Of a stretch of DNA of 64,000 nt, positions 9,002-17,846 are shown piece by piece; the stretch's first letter is position 1; each line of letters begins with the position of its first letter. Both the position numbers and the translations under genes were made by a program. The stretch lies in the sequence record SRR20825006_1517; one strand, written 5' to 3'. The notes under the pieces are model-generated. The model made no database searches and was not told the origin of the DNA. It saw nothing but the letters and a program-made list of their open reading frames with translations.

Positions 9002-9922
9002 TTACATATCTCGTTGACGGACAACGTCCATTACAGGATTGTTGGTTTTTGAACGTTTTTTACCTGTTCCGTCGCTTGATTTCAAATATTGAATGTATCC
9101 TCTTCCTGTAAATTCATACACCGTTCCGCTGGATACATGGTACAACTCTATGGTACTATCATTGATAACGTACAACTCAAAATAATCATTGCCCAAGAAG
9201 TCATAATCCAGTGTTAAAGTTTTGAGGGATGCGTCATTGGCGACATCATATACTTCATAATCGCCTTCATAATCCCATTGTAGGTTGGACAATGGTATGC
9301 CCTGAGCATCTACCGATGATCTAAAATATCCATTCCCATCATCAAAAAACTGCAAGTAATTTTCCTCATCAAATTCATTTAGGGCCCCTAATTCACTGGT
9401 ATAGGTTTTCTCCCAAACTTGATATTCCTGCAAGAAAAGGTGTATGTTATCGTAAAAGACCATATCGTAGTCAAAATTGCTTCTTTGATAGCCTTCCAAA
9501 ATATAGGAAGTATCTGAACGGGGGTCGTAAATTTCCAATGTATTATAATCCAAAGCAATAACTTCCAATAACCAAAGACCATCTACATCGTGGTCTATTT
9601 CCACCTGACCGCTGTAGGTGGCGTAAGCGCCCACGTCAATACCCAATCCGTTGCCTGTTTTTCCCAGACCGGAAAGGTTGTTGTTGGCATACACGATTCC
9701 CCTATCAAAAGAAATAGTAAAGGCACGTTGCAAAAATGGAACCTCTCCGCTTCCACGGGTTTCGTTGATATCCACATACCAAAGGTCGTGAGATTCCAAA
9801 ACCAAGGCGGTATTGATTGGTGGTTCCGTAATCAAATCATCTTCCACAATAACCTCGGTGTAGCAAGAACTGGCCAAAAGACCCATGAACAAAATTCCAA
9901 AGAGTAGTTTTCTATTTTTCAT
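9002..9922 (-). CDS. Conserved flavobacterial lipoprotein of unknown function
   Basis: Lipobox LASSC after MKNRKLL (start at 9922); long acidic beta-rich ORF. Confidence 0.8.
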   Translation of the reverse strand: MKNRKLLFGILFMGLLASSCYTEVIVEDDLITEPPINTALVLESHDLWYVDINETRGSGEVPFLQRAFTISFDRGIVYANNNLSGLGKTGNGLGIDVGAYATYSGQVEIDHDVDGLWLLEVIALDYNTLEIYDPRSDTSYILEGYQRSNFDYDMVFYDNIHLFLQEYQVWEKTYTSELGALNEFDEENYLQFFDDGNGYFRSSVDAQGIPLSNLQWDYEGDYEVYDVANDASLKTLTLDYDFLGNDYFELYVINDSTIELYHVSSGTVYEFTGRGYIQYLKSSDGTGKKRSKTNNPVMDVVRQRDM

Positions 9923-10047
9923 AATCGAGGTTTTAAAGTTCTCTTTACGTAGACCAAGCACTATGCCAAATTTGTTAAACATCTGATAATCAGAAATTAA
10001 TAAGCTGATGTATTTATTTTTTAGCTTTACACCCTAATTTTGGACGA

Positions 10048-11049
10048 ATGAAAGACAAGCTTACGTTTGGAGTATTTGGTGGAGGAAGTTGGGGAACGGC
10101 CATTGTAAAGATGTTGACCGAAAATTTGGAGCAGGTCAATTGGTATATGCGGAGCGATTCTGCGATTCGACATATTAAAAAAGAATGGCACAATCCCAAC
10201 TATTTGAGTTCCGTAGAGTTTGATGTGGACCAGCTGAAGATGAGCTTTGACATCAATGAGGTTGTGGAAGCATCCGACGTGCTCATTTTTGCCATTCCGT
10301 CGGCTTTTTTGGAGAGGGAACTTCAGAATTTGACGGTTTCCTTGAAGGATAAAATCATTTTTTCTGCGATTAAGGGGATAGTTCCGGAAACGGGGCGGAT
10401 TGTGGGAGAACATTTTAACGAGAAATACGATATCCCTTTTGAGAATATTGGTGTGATCACAGGACCATGCCATGCCGAAGAGGTGGCACTGGAGCGACTT
10501 TCTTACCTTACCATTGCCTGTGCGGATGCCGACAAGGCGAAAATGGTGGCCAAACACCTAAAGAGCGATTATATCCGTACCAAAATATCGGATGATATAA
10601 TCGGCACCGAATATGCAGCCATGTTGAAGAACATTTATGCCATTGCTGCGGGGATTGCCCATGGACTCGGCTACGGGGATAACTTCCAAAGTGTGCTGAT
10701 GAGCAACGCCATACGTGAAATGAAACGGTTTATTGATCGTGTGTATAAAATGAAGCGAAACATCAACGCCTCTGCATATTTGGGCGATTTATTGGTAACG
10801 GGCTATTCGGTTTTTAGTCGCAACCGGATGTTCGGGAATATGATCGGCAAAGGCTACACCGTAAAAAGCGCCATGTTGGAAATGAACATGGTGGCCGAAG
10901 GCTATTATGCGACCCAAAGTGCCCACGACCTTATGGAAAAACTGCAAAAAAAGTCCAAAACACCCATCATAAATGCGGTGTACCAAATACTTTATAAAAA
11001 CAAAGACCCGAAAAAGATTTTTGAGAAACTGACGGAGAAGTTGGATTGA
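10048..11049 (+). CDS. gpsA: NAD(P)H-dependent glycerol-3-phosphate dehydrogenase
   Basis: GGGSWGTA, GPCHAEEV, LKNIYAIAAG, GDLLVT and SRNR motifs. Confidence 0.95.
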   Translation: MKDKLTFGVFGGGSWGTAIVKMLTENLEQVNWYMRSDSAIRHIKKEWHNPNYLSSVEFDVDQLKMSFDINEVVEASDVLIFAIPSAFLERELQNLTVSLKDKIIFSAIKGIVPETGRIVGEHFNEKYDIPFENIGVITGPCHAEEVALERLSYLTIACADADKAKMVAKHLKSDYIRTKISDDIIGTEYAAMLKNIYAIAAGIAHGLGYGDNFQSVLMSNAIREMKRFIDRVYKMKRNINASAYLGDLLVTGYSVFSRNRMFGNMIGKGYTVKSAMLEMNMVAEGYYATQSAHDLMEKLQKKSKTPIINAVYQILYKNKDPKKIFEKLTEKLD

Positions 11050-11057
11050 TTTCGCAT

Positions 11058-11699
11058 TCAGAGCTTTAAAAGATTGAAACTGTAGCTTATAAATGGTAGG
11101 ATAAAAGTCGTTTTCTCATCAAAATACTTTGTGTTTCGAGATATGTATATACCCAACATTATTTTAGACCTGTCTTTTCCATAACCAACGAAAATTTTGT
11201 TTGCGCTGAAATTATAATTTTCCAAAGAGGAATTTGAACCTACAATCTCTCCTTCTTCATTTAAAATTGATTCTGTTCTTACATACTCACTATTTCGGTT
11301 GAGCAAGCTAAGGCCGGCACCGACCAATAATTCGCCTTTTTGGAATACTTGAAAGTGATAGTTCAAGTTAAAATGATAGCCGAACATCAGCCCACGCTCT
11401 GTTTCTGAAGCTGTATTATCGATACGAGTTGTTATAAGGTCATAACGAAAAGAGGTTTTGAATCCTGCACTAAAATTTTGAGTAAAATAATAATCGAACC
11501 CTAAATTAAGTGCAGGGCCGGAATTTTGTAAATCGGGATTAATAAAGTTTTTGGCCTGGGCCTGATCTCCTGATTTGTAAATGGGGGTAATTCTATATTC
11601 AGCACCAAGGTTTAAAAAGAAATTTTTCGCTCTTGAGTTATCTTGGGCTGCAAGATATAGTGGCAGTAAAAATAGGAATAGAAGTATGCGCATTTTCAT
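11058..11699 (-). CDS. Outer-membrane beta-barrel protein
   Basis: Signal peptide, alternating beta-strand pattern, C-terminal ISYSFNL. Confidence 0.7.
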   Translation of the reverse strand: MKMRILLFLFLLPLYLAAQDNSRAKNFFLNLGAEYRITPIYKSGDQAQAKNFINPDLQNSGPALNLGFDYYFTQNFSAGFKTSFRYDLITTRIDNTASETERGLMFGYHFNLNYHFQVFQKGELLVGAGLSLLNRNSEYVRTESILNEEGEIVGSNSSLENYNFSANKIFVGYGKDRSKIMLGIYISRNTKYFDEKTTFILPFISYSFNLLKL

Positions 11700-11715
11700 T
11701 TTAAAAATGATTTAT

Positions 11716-12878
11716 CTAATACGAAGGACTAAAATGATATTCTATAACAGAATTTTTAATAACATTCCCAAAACCATTTAAAACGAAAAAATTGTCATAT
11801 TCAAAAACATTACTGGCCTGTACCTGTGCTGAAATGTATTTTTGATTGTAGGATCTATAACTAATCACAGCACTAGTTCCATCCGGACGATTAAAATAAA
11901 CGGATTTCAACGGTGCAGGAAACCCGTCATATTCATAAATTATATATGATATGAATGTACTTGAGGATTCACTTTTATTTATAATATGTTTATTAATGGT
12001 CTTAAAAACCCCATTATTTACATCACTATTAGAAAATTTACTTAATTTATATTCAGGGTTATTTCGAATTTGAGCCCCATCTATTGTCACCCTATCCCCC
12101 CAGTAATATCCCAGGGGATAAAAAAAATACATATTATCAGACATGGCATACCCATAAATATGCACATCTGCTTTTTCCAACCATGATTCCTTTTTATCCT
12201 TAATCTTTATTTTTTCAATTTGCAAATCTTTGGGTATATGACTTCCACTACCAGAAGATCTACCGCCTGAAGAACTCCCTTCTCCCCCTTCAAACCCTTC
12301 TTCAGCGATAGGGTCTGGCAACATATATTCTTGATCTTCTGGAGATATTCCGAGCACATAAACATCATTTTCTAAAGCTTCTGGTTTAGGGTTAGGGCCA
12401 AAAACATCCTCTTCCAACAACTTCCGATATTTTAATTCCAACTGTCCAGCAGCATCCAGTTTGTATCCCTGCACGATTTCTTTCTCTTTATCTGGGTCGT
12501 AACTATTAATCAGAAAGAAAGGTTCGCTTTCCCTTTACCCTTTAATGTTTCACCCAGTAAATCCTTAAAATATGAAGCTCCCATATGACCCTTTTTGCTC
12601 GACTTAGTAATTTCCTGTTCATCAAAATCTGGGTTGGATTGAAGTACTTCTTCCATTAAAAAAGTAAGGTGATAATTCTTATAGGCTAATTTTTTCTTTA
12701 ACTCCGCTTTTTCAATACCCACTTTATCAAAGAGCAAAGAAGTAAGTTGACTTTCCTCAAAAGACATGTTTTGTTCTTCTTCATTTTCACATGAACTCAA
12801 TAGTATTGCCAAAACTAAAATTACAGTTGGAAAAAAGGCATTTCGATGTACTAAGGGTTTTATTTTATAGAATTGCAT
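11716..12878 (-). pseudogene. Lipoprotein split by frameshift or deletion (track ORFs 12510-12878 and 11716-12474)
   Basis: N-part has lipobox LLSSC. The second frame is open from 12534 (RESEPFFLINSYDPDKEKEIVQGY...), overlaps the first ORF's stop, and has no convincing start of its own. Confidence 0.65.
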
Positions 12879-12955
12879 TAAGTAGGTCTTTTTAAGTTAA
12901 TAGAGTCAAGATTGGTCTCAAGCTATGTAAAAATTATCTTTCAAAACTCTCTAAA

Positions 12956-13008
12956 TCAATGGATTCCCCTTTTGGGTTGACGGATGGTAGTTTTGAATTG
13001 ACGGATGG
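12956..13008 (-). promoter_or_regulatory. LytTR-type direct repeats, 21-bp period
   Basis: TTGACGGATGG at 12977 and 12998, plus a degenerate TCAATGGATTC at 12956. Confidence 0.65.
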
Positions 13009-13127
13009 GTAATTCTCAGATTTTTTCAAAAGAAAAATCGTGTCGAGAACTGGAAATCAACAAAATCCCATGGATTTCCCTCGAATTGATAGATTTTGGT
13101 AAAGAAAAATATAGATGAGAGGTTGGA

Positions 13128-14795
13128 TTAACCCCACTCCAGGGAAAAATCGGAATGTTCCTTTAACTCCGTGTCCAACTCTTGGGAAAAGACCTCCATT
13201 TCTTGCGTGGAGTAATTGTACGCCTTCTGGAACTCCTCAAAAACAGCAGCTTTATATTTTCGGACACTTTCGATATCAAAATAAAGTCGACCCGTTCTTC
13301 TTATAAAAAAGTCCAATGGGTTCAACGCCATTTCGTGGGCAATGGTAAATTGAACCTCTGCCCTGATCATTCTTTCTTTGGGTTTGTCGCCTTTTATGTT
13401 GGCATACAGGTCCAAAATGGATTCGGTCTGCTTGCCGTAGGTGGTCACCAAATACCATGCATCGTACTTCGCAAAACCATCGGCTTGCAGTTGTTCTTCT
13501 ATCTGGGCAATATATTTTTTAACGTGTTTGAACTTTTTAAAATCGTTTCCACAAAGTGGAATCTTGTCCGTGGTGCAAGCCTTCAGTTCCACATCATGGT
13601 CTTCCTCCATTTTTTTGGCGATTCGGTTCACCGTTCGCTCCGCCATTTTTCGGTATCCCGTCAGCTTTCCTCCCGCTATGCTGACCAATCCCGTATCGGA
13701 AGTGAAAATTTCATCCTTTCTTGACAATTCGGAGGCTGATTTGCCTTCCTCGTGGATCAAAGGTCGCAGTCCGGCCCAAGAAGAAATGATGTCGTCCAAC
13801 TCCAAATAAATATCGGGGAACATATTGTTGACCGCCGAAATCAAATAGATGGCATCGGCAAGTTCGGTGGTCACATGGTCCTTATCGGAATTATAATTGG
13901 TGTCGGTTGTGCCTATATAGGTGACCTTGCCGCGTGGAATGGCGAACATCATCCGCCCGTCGGGAATATCAAAATAAACGGATTGCTTCACAGGTAGCTT
14001 TTCCTTAGGAAACACCAAATGGACACCCTTGGTCAAATGCAACTGCTTTCCTTTTTTGGATTGATTGACACTTCTAAGTTCATCCACCCATGGCCCCGCC
14101 GCATTGATCACATATTTGGAGAATACGTTGTACTCATCCCCAAAAACCTCATCCGTGAATTTAACCCCGGCTACCTTGGCCTCTTTATAGATAAAATCGC
14201 TGACCTTGGTATAATTGAACAGCTCCGCACCAAATTGAAGACTGGTCTTTAAATTTTCAAGGGTCAACCGGGCGTCATCGGTTCGATACTCGGCATAGTA
14301 GCCTGCTCCGTTCAAAATCTTTTTGGGCAAAAGGGGCTCCAATTTCATGGCCTCCTTTTTCTCCAGCATCTGTCGTTTATCGTCCCCGGAAACCTGTGCC
14401 AGGATATCGTAAACCTTCAGTCCGATGGATGTCAACCATTTTCCATAGGAACCCCCCTCGATGAGTGGGAGCAGCATTTTTTCTGGAATGACCAAATGTG
14501 GTGCAAGTTTATGTACAATGGCCCTTTCGGAACCTACTTCTTTCACCAGCCAAAAGTCGAACTGCTTTAAGTAACGTAGTCCGCCATGAATCAATTTGGT
14601 GGATTTACTGCTGGTACCCGATGCGAAATCGCCCTTTTCGAGCAACAACACCTTCATTCCGCGAGAAGATGCATCCAAAGCAATTCCTGCACCCGTGATT
14701 CCCCCACCAATTACCACCAGGTCATAGGTAGAGTTGGCCGCTTTTTGCAGTTTATCCTTTCTGTCGATATTGGAAAAAGCAATGTTATCGCCCAT
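13128..14795 (-). CDS. glpD: FAD-dependent glycerol-3-phosphate dehydrogenase
   Basis: IGGGITGAG, GTSSKSTKLIHGGLRYL, TDDARL and GGKLTGYR motifs. Confidence 0.93.
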   Translation of the reverse strand: MGDNIAFSNIDRKDKLQKAANSTYDLVVIGGGITGAGIALDASSRGMKVLLLEKGDFASGTSSKSTKLIHGGLRYLKQFDFWLVKEVGSERAIVHKLAPHLVIPEKMLLPLIEGGSYGKWLTSIGLKVYDILAQVSGDDKRQMLEKKEAMKLEPLLPKKILNGAGYYAEYRTDDARLTLENLKTSLQFGAELFNYTKVSDFIYKEAKVAGVKFTDEVFGDEYNVFSKYVINAAGPWVDELRSVNQSKKGKQLHLTKGVHLVFPKEKLPVKQSVYFDIPDGRMMFAIPRGKVTYIGTTDTNYNSDKDHVTTELADAIYLISAVNNMFPDIYLELDDIISSWAGLRPLIHEEGKSASELSRKDEIFTSDTGLVSIAGGKLTGYRKMAERTVNRIAKKMEEDHDVELKACTTDKIPLCGNDFKKFKHVKKYIAQIEEQLQADGFAKYDAWYLVTTYGKQTESILDLYANIKGDKPKERMIRAEVQFTIAHEMALNPLDFFIRRTGRLYFDIESVRKYKAAVFEEFQKAYNYSTQEMEVFSQELDTELKEHSDFSLEWG

Positions 14796-14799
14796 GTTT

Positions 14800-15108
14800 C
14801 TATGTATTGAATTCGTACTCTCGTTCCACCCTGCAAATCCTGACCTTGTACCAGGAATACCATGTTTTTATCCCGTCTTTTTGGGCCTGTCTATGGTCCA
14901 TATTGGCTTTCCAATCGGCAATGGCCTCCAGACTTTCCCAATAACTAACTGTAATGCCCAAGCCATCACGAGCACTTTCTATATCCAAAAAACCAGTTTG
15001 TTTTTTGGCCAAGGACTCCATTTCTTCGGCCATTTCAGCATATCCTTGGTCGCCATCTGTTCGGAGACTGGTAAAAATTACAGCATAATATGGCTTTTTC
15101 AGTTCCAT
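14800..15108 (-). CDS. Antibiotic biosynthesis monooxygenase (ABM) family protein
   Basis: YYAVIFTS, GITVSYWES and H..AQ..G...WY motifs. Confidence 0.88.
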   Translation of the reverse strand: MELKKPYYAVIFTSLRTDGDQGYAEMAEEMESLAKKQTGFLDIESARDGLGITVSYWESLEAIADWKANMDHRQAQKDGIKTWYSWYKVRICRVEREYEFNT

Positions 15109-15465
15109 TTAGGTGATGTATTCTTTTTCCATAAAGTAATTGACCAAGGCCTCCTTCATTAAAACGGATTGTTCACCGGCTTTTAATGGCGGTAATTGTT
15201 CCTTGATGGTATAGTGCGGCCATCCGTCTTCATCGAAAAAATCAAAATCGTAATAACCATACGGCTCCAGTAATCGACATATGGCAATATGCATCAGGTT
15301 GACCTTCTCGTCCTTTTTAAATTTACGATGAAAATTGCCCAATTCCTGAACTCCGACCAAATAAACGATTCCATCCAATTCAAGCGGGTCGCCATCGGAA
15401 AATTGGGCGGACAGTTTCTTTACCAAAAATTCCCATCGTTCCTTTAATTGCTCGTCTCTTGACAT
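15109..15465 (-). CDS. Conserved Bacteroidetes hypothetical protein
   Basis: LVGVQELG, MHIAICRLLEPYGYY and DEDGWPH motifs. Confidence 0.8.
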   Translation of the reverse strand: MSRDEQLKERWEFLVKKLSAQFSDGDPLELDGIVYLVGVQELGNFHRKFKKDEKVNLMHIAICRLLEPYGYYDFDFFDEDGWPHYTIKEQLPPLKAGEQSVLMKEALVNYFMEKEYIT

Positions 15466-15483
15466 GTGTTTTACTATGAGTAC

Positions 15484-15512
15484 CAAAGGTACAAATCAAT
15501 ATTCTATATTTG
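15484..15512. promoter_or_regulatory. Back-to-back Bacteroidetes -7 elements
   Basis: TACCTTTG on the minus strand (15484-15491) and TATATTTG on the plus strand (15505-15512). Confidence 0.7.
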
Positions 15513-15525
15513 TTAAAACCCTTGT

Positions 15526-16056
15526 ATGAGCTTTTTGGATATTATTATCGGTATTCTTTTGGTCTGGGGCCTTTACAAAGGCTTAAAAAATGGCCTTTTT
15601 GTAGAATTGGCCTCTTTGATTGCCTTGATTGCCGGAATATATGGCGCCATACATTTTTCGTACATCACGGGGGATTACCTTGCCGAACAGTTTGATTGGA
15701 GCGACCAATATCTGAAAATTGCCGCTTTTCTGATCACCTTTTTTGCCATCATCATTGTAGTGAACTTGGCCGGAAAATTCCTGACCAAGATTGCCGATTT
15801 TGCCATGCTCGGACTTTTGAACAAAATTGCTGGGGGTATTTTTGGTGCGCTAAAGGTCGCCGTAATTTTGGGGGCATTCCTTATTTTCTTCGAAAAGCTT
15901 GCCTCTCCCTTGGGACTGATCAACGAGGAAACCAAAGAACAATCCGTTTTTTACAATCCTATCAAGGAAATCGGAAATTTAGTATTCTCCTATGTTTTGG
16001 ATGATGGGGAAGCTACTCCCTCTCCGGAGGTTGAGACCACGCACGAAATCATATAA
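15526..16056 (+). CDS. cvpA: CvpA family membrane protein
   Basis: DIII...GLKNGLFVE and LNKIAGGIFG motifs, four transmembrane segments. Confidence 0.9.
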   Translation: MSFLDIIIGILLVWGLYKGLKNGLFVELASLIALIAGIYGAIHFSYITGDYLAEQFDWSDQYLKIAAFLITFFAIIIVVNLAGKFLTKIADFAMLGLLNKIAGGIFGALKVAVILGAFLIFFEKLASPLGLINEETKEQSVFYNPIKEIGNLVFSYVLDDGEATPSPEVETTHEII

Positions 16057-16243
16057 ACAGTTCATTTTTCCCGATAAAACGATTCCTCGCTTCATTTAAA
16101 AACGATGTAAGGTACAGCTTGCTGTATTTCAACCTGATAAATTGCCCTGACATGGAATTTTTATGGAAAAGGGAAACATCTCCGTTAGCTTAGCAACGAG
16201 AACATTAGGGAACTTAGAACACTCCCGGAGAAACACCCCGAAA

Positions 16244-16756
16244 ATGAAAAAAGTATATGGCATTCTATTGGTCATAGTGCTGGCTATTGCATTAAGTTAC
16301 TGCAGTACATCCACTGTACAGCAAGAAGAGCAGGACTACACCGAGGCAACCCTTGGCAACGAAAAAATTACAGTAGACCCCGTTAAAATGGAGGAAGACC
16401 TATTAAATCTGGTGAATCTTCACCGTGAATCTATTGGGTTGGCCATTTTAAGCAAAAGTGACCCCGCCTACAAATATGCCGAAGAGCATAACGACTACAT
16501 GATTTCAAAAAATACACTTAGCCACGATAATTTTCAATCCCGGGCAGAAAAGATTGCCGAGGAAACCAATGCAATCAGTGTATCGGAAAATGTGGCCAGA
16601 TACTATGTTTCAGCAGAAAAAACTTTGGAAGGCTGGCTTAATAGCTCTTCACACAAAGAAGCTATGGAAGGAGATTTTTCTCATACCACCTTGAGCGTTC
16701 AATTGGATAAGCAAGGTAGACCCTATTATACGCAGATATTCATAAAAGTGAAATAA
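16244..16756 (+). CDS. CAP (SCP) domain lipoprotein
   Basis: LVNLHR, LSH, SENVA and WLNSSSH motifs; start placed at MKKVY. Confidence 0.88.
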   Translation: MKKVYGILLVIVLAIALSYCSTSTVQQEEQDYTEATLGNEKITVDPVKMEEDLLNLVNLHRESIGLAILSKSDPAYKYAEEHNDYMISKNTLSHDNFQSRAEKIAEETNAISVSENVARYYVSAEKTLEGWLNSSSHKEAMEGDFSHTTLSVQLDKQGRPYYTQIFIKVK

Positions 16757-16775
16757 TCAACCCATTATATTTTGG

Positions 16776-16807
16776 AAAAAGGGCCGGCTACCAAGCTGGC
16801 CTTTTTT
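16776..16807 (+). terminator. Intrinsic terminator
   Basis: GGCCGGC-TACCAA-GCTGGCC followed by a T-run. Confidence 0.75.
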
Positions 16808-16862
16808 ATTAATCGCTATGTTGGCAGCAAGGTTTTTTTTACCTTTCGTAAAATCTTTGAAC

Positions 16863-17405
16863 ATGGCAATACAGGAACCTTTCAATCTAAATAAATGGAT
16901 TGAGAAAAACCGAGATACCCTAAAACCTCCGGTAGGCAATAAAAATTTATACAAAGAGTCTGGGGATTATATAGTAATGATCGTAGCCGGCCCTAACGCC
17001 AGAAAGGACTATCATTACAACGAGACCGAGGAGCTTTTCTATCAACTAGAAGGAAATATTGAAGTCCATATTCAAGAAGATGGGCAAAAAAAGACCATGA
17101 AACTAGGACCTGGGGATATGTACCTTCATCCCGCCAAGGTTCCCCACTCGCCCGCCAGACAAAAAGGCTCCATTGGGTTGGTAATCGAGCGAAAACGAGC
17201 CCATCTTGATGCCGAAGATGGTCTATTGTGGTTTTGCGACAACTGCAACCATAAATTATACGAGGTCTATTTTAAACTAAACGATATAGAAAAAGACTTC
17301 TTGGGTCATTTTAAACACTTTTACGGTTCGGAAGAATTACGAACTTGTGATAATTGTGGTACAGTTATGCCTGTGGATGAACGTTTTGTTGCCAAGGAAG
17401 AATGA
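16863..17405 (+). CDS. nbaC: 3-hydroxyanthranilate 3,4-dioxygenase
   Basis: LKPPVGNK, GPNARKDYH, EELFYQLEG, PHSP and two CxxC (rubredoxin-like) motifs. Confidence 0.95.
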   Translation: MAIQEPFNLNKWIEKNRDTLKPPVGNKNLYKESGDYIVMIVAGPNARKDYHYNETEELFYQLEGNIEVHIQEDGQKKTMKLGPGDMYLHPAKVPHSPARQKGSIGLVIERKRAHLDAEDGLLWFCDNCNHKLYEVYFKLNDIEKDFLGHFKHFYGSEELRTCDNCGTVMPVDERFVAKEE

Positions 17406-17776
17406 TACTCATTGTAGCAAAGACCATCATCGGGATTGTAGCATTGTTGCATATCTACTTTTTGTGGCTAGAGATGTTTGCTTGGACCACAAGAGCAAAA
17501 AAAGTTTTCCGCTCATTACCTGATCATTTGTTTGAGCCAACTAAAACATTGGCCGCAAACCAAGGACTGTATAATGGATTCTTGGCTGCTGGGCTAATTT
17601 GGTCTTTGATAATTCAAAATACCGATTGGCAAATCTATGTGGGATTATTTTTTTTGGGCTGTGTTGCTATTGCAGGTATGTATGGAGCAGCTACCGCATC
17701 AAAGAAAATATTCACGGTACAGGCACTACCTGCACTTGTTGGCATAGCTCTTTTGTTGGCTCATCTATTCCTGTAA
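17402..17776 (+). CDS. DUF1304 membrane protein
   Basis: H.YFLWLEM and NQGLYNGFLAAGL motifs. Confidence 0.9.
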   Translation: MILIVAKTIIGIVALLHIYFLWLEMFAWTTRAKKVFRSLPDHLFEPTKTLAANQGLYNGFLAAGLIWSLIIQNTDWQIYVGLFFLGCVAIAGMYGAATASKKIFTVQALPALVGIALLLAHLFL

Positions 17777-17846
17777 ACCGTTCATTCTCTAAGAGATTAT
17801 TTGTATAATTGTAAAAATATAACAATACACTCTTAAAAAGTTATAA

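Noticed and set aside
12524-12536. GGGAAAG as a classical -1 slippery heptamer
   Set aside because: It is in the wrong phase in the upstream ORF (GGG AAA G rather than G GGA AAG).
16196-16243. Repeated AACAC(T)CCC motif in the leader of the CAP-domain gene
   Set aside because: Only two short copies and no stable structure; insufficient evidence for a riboswitch.
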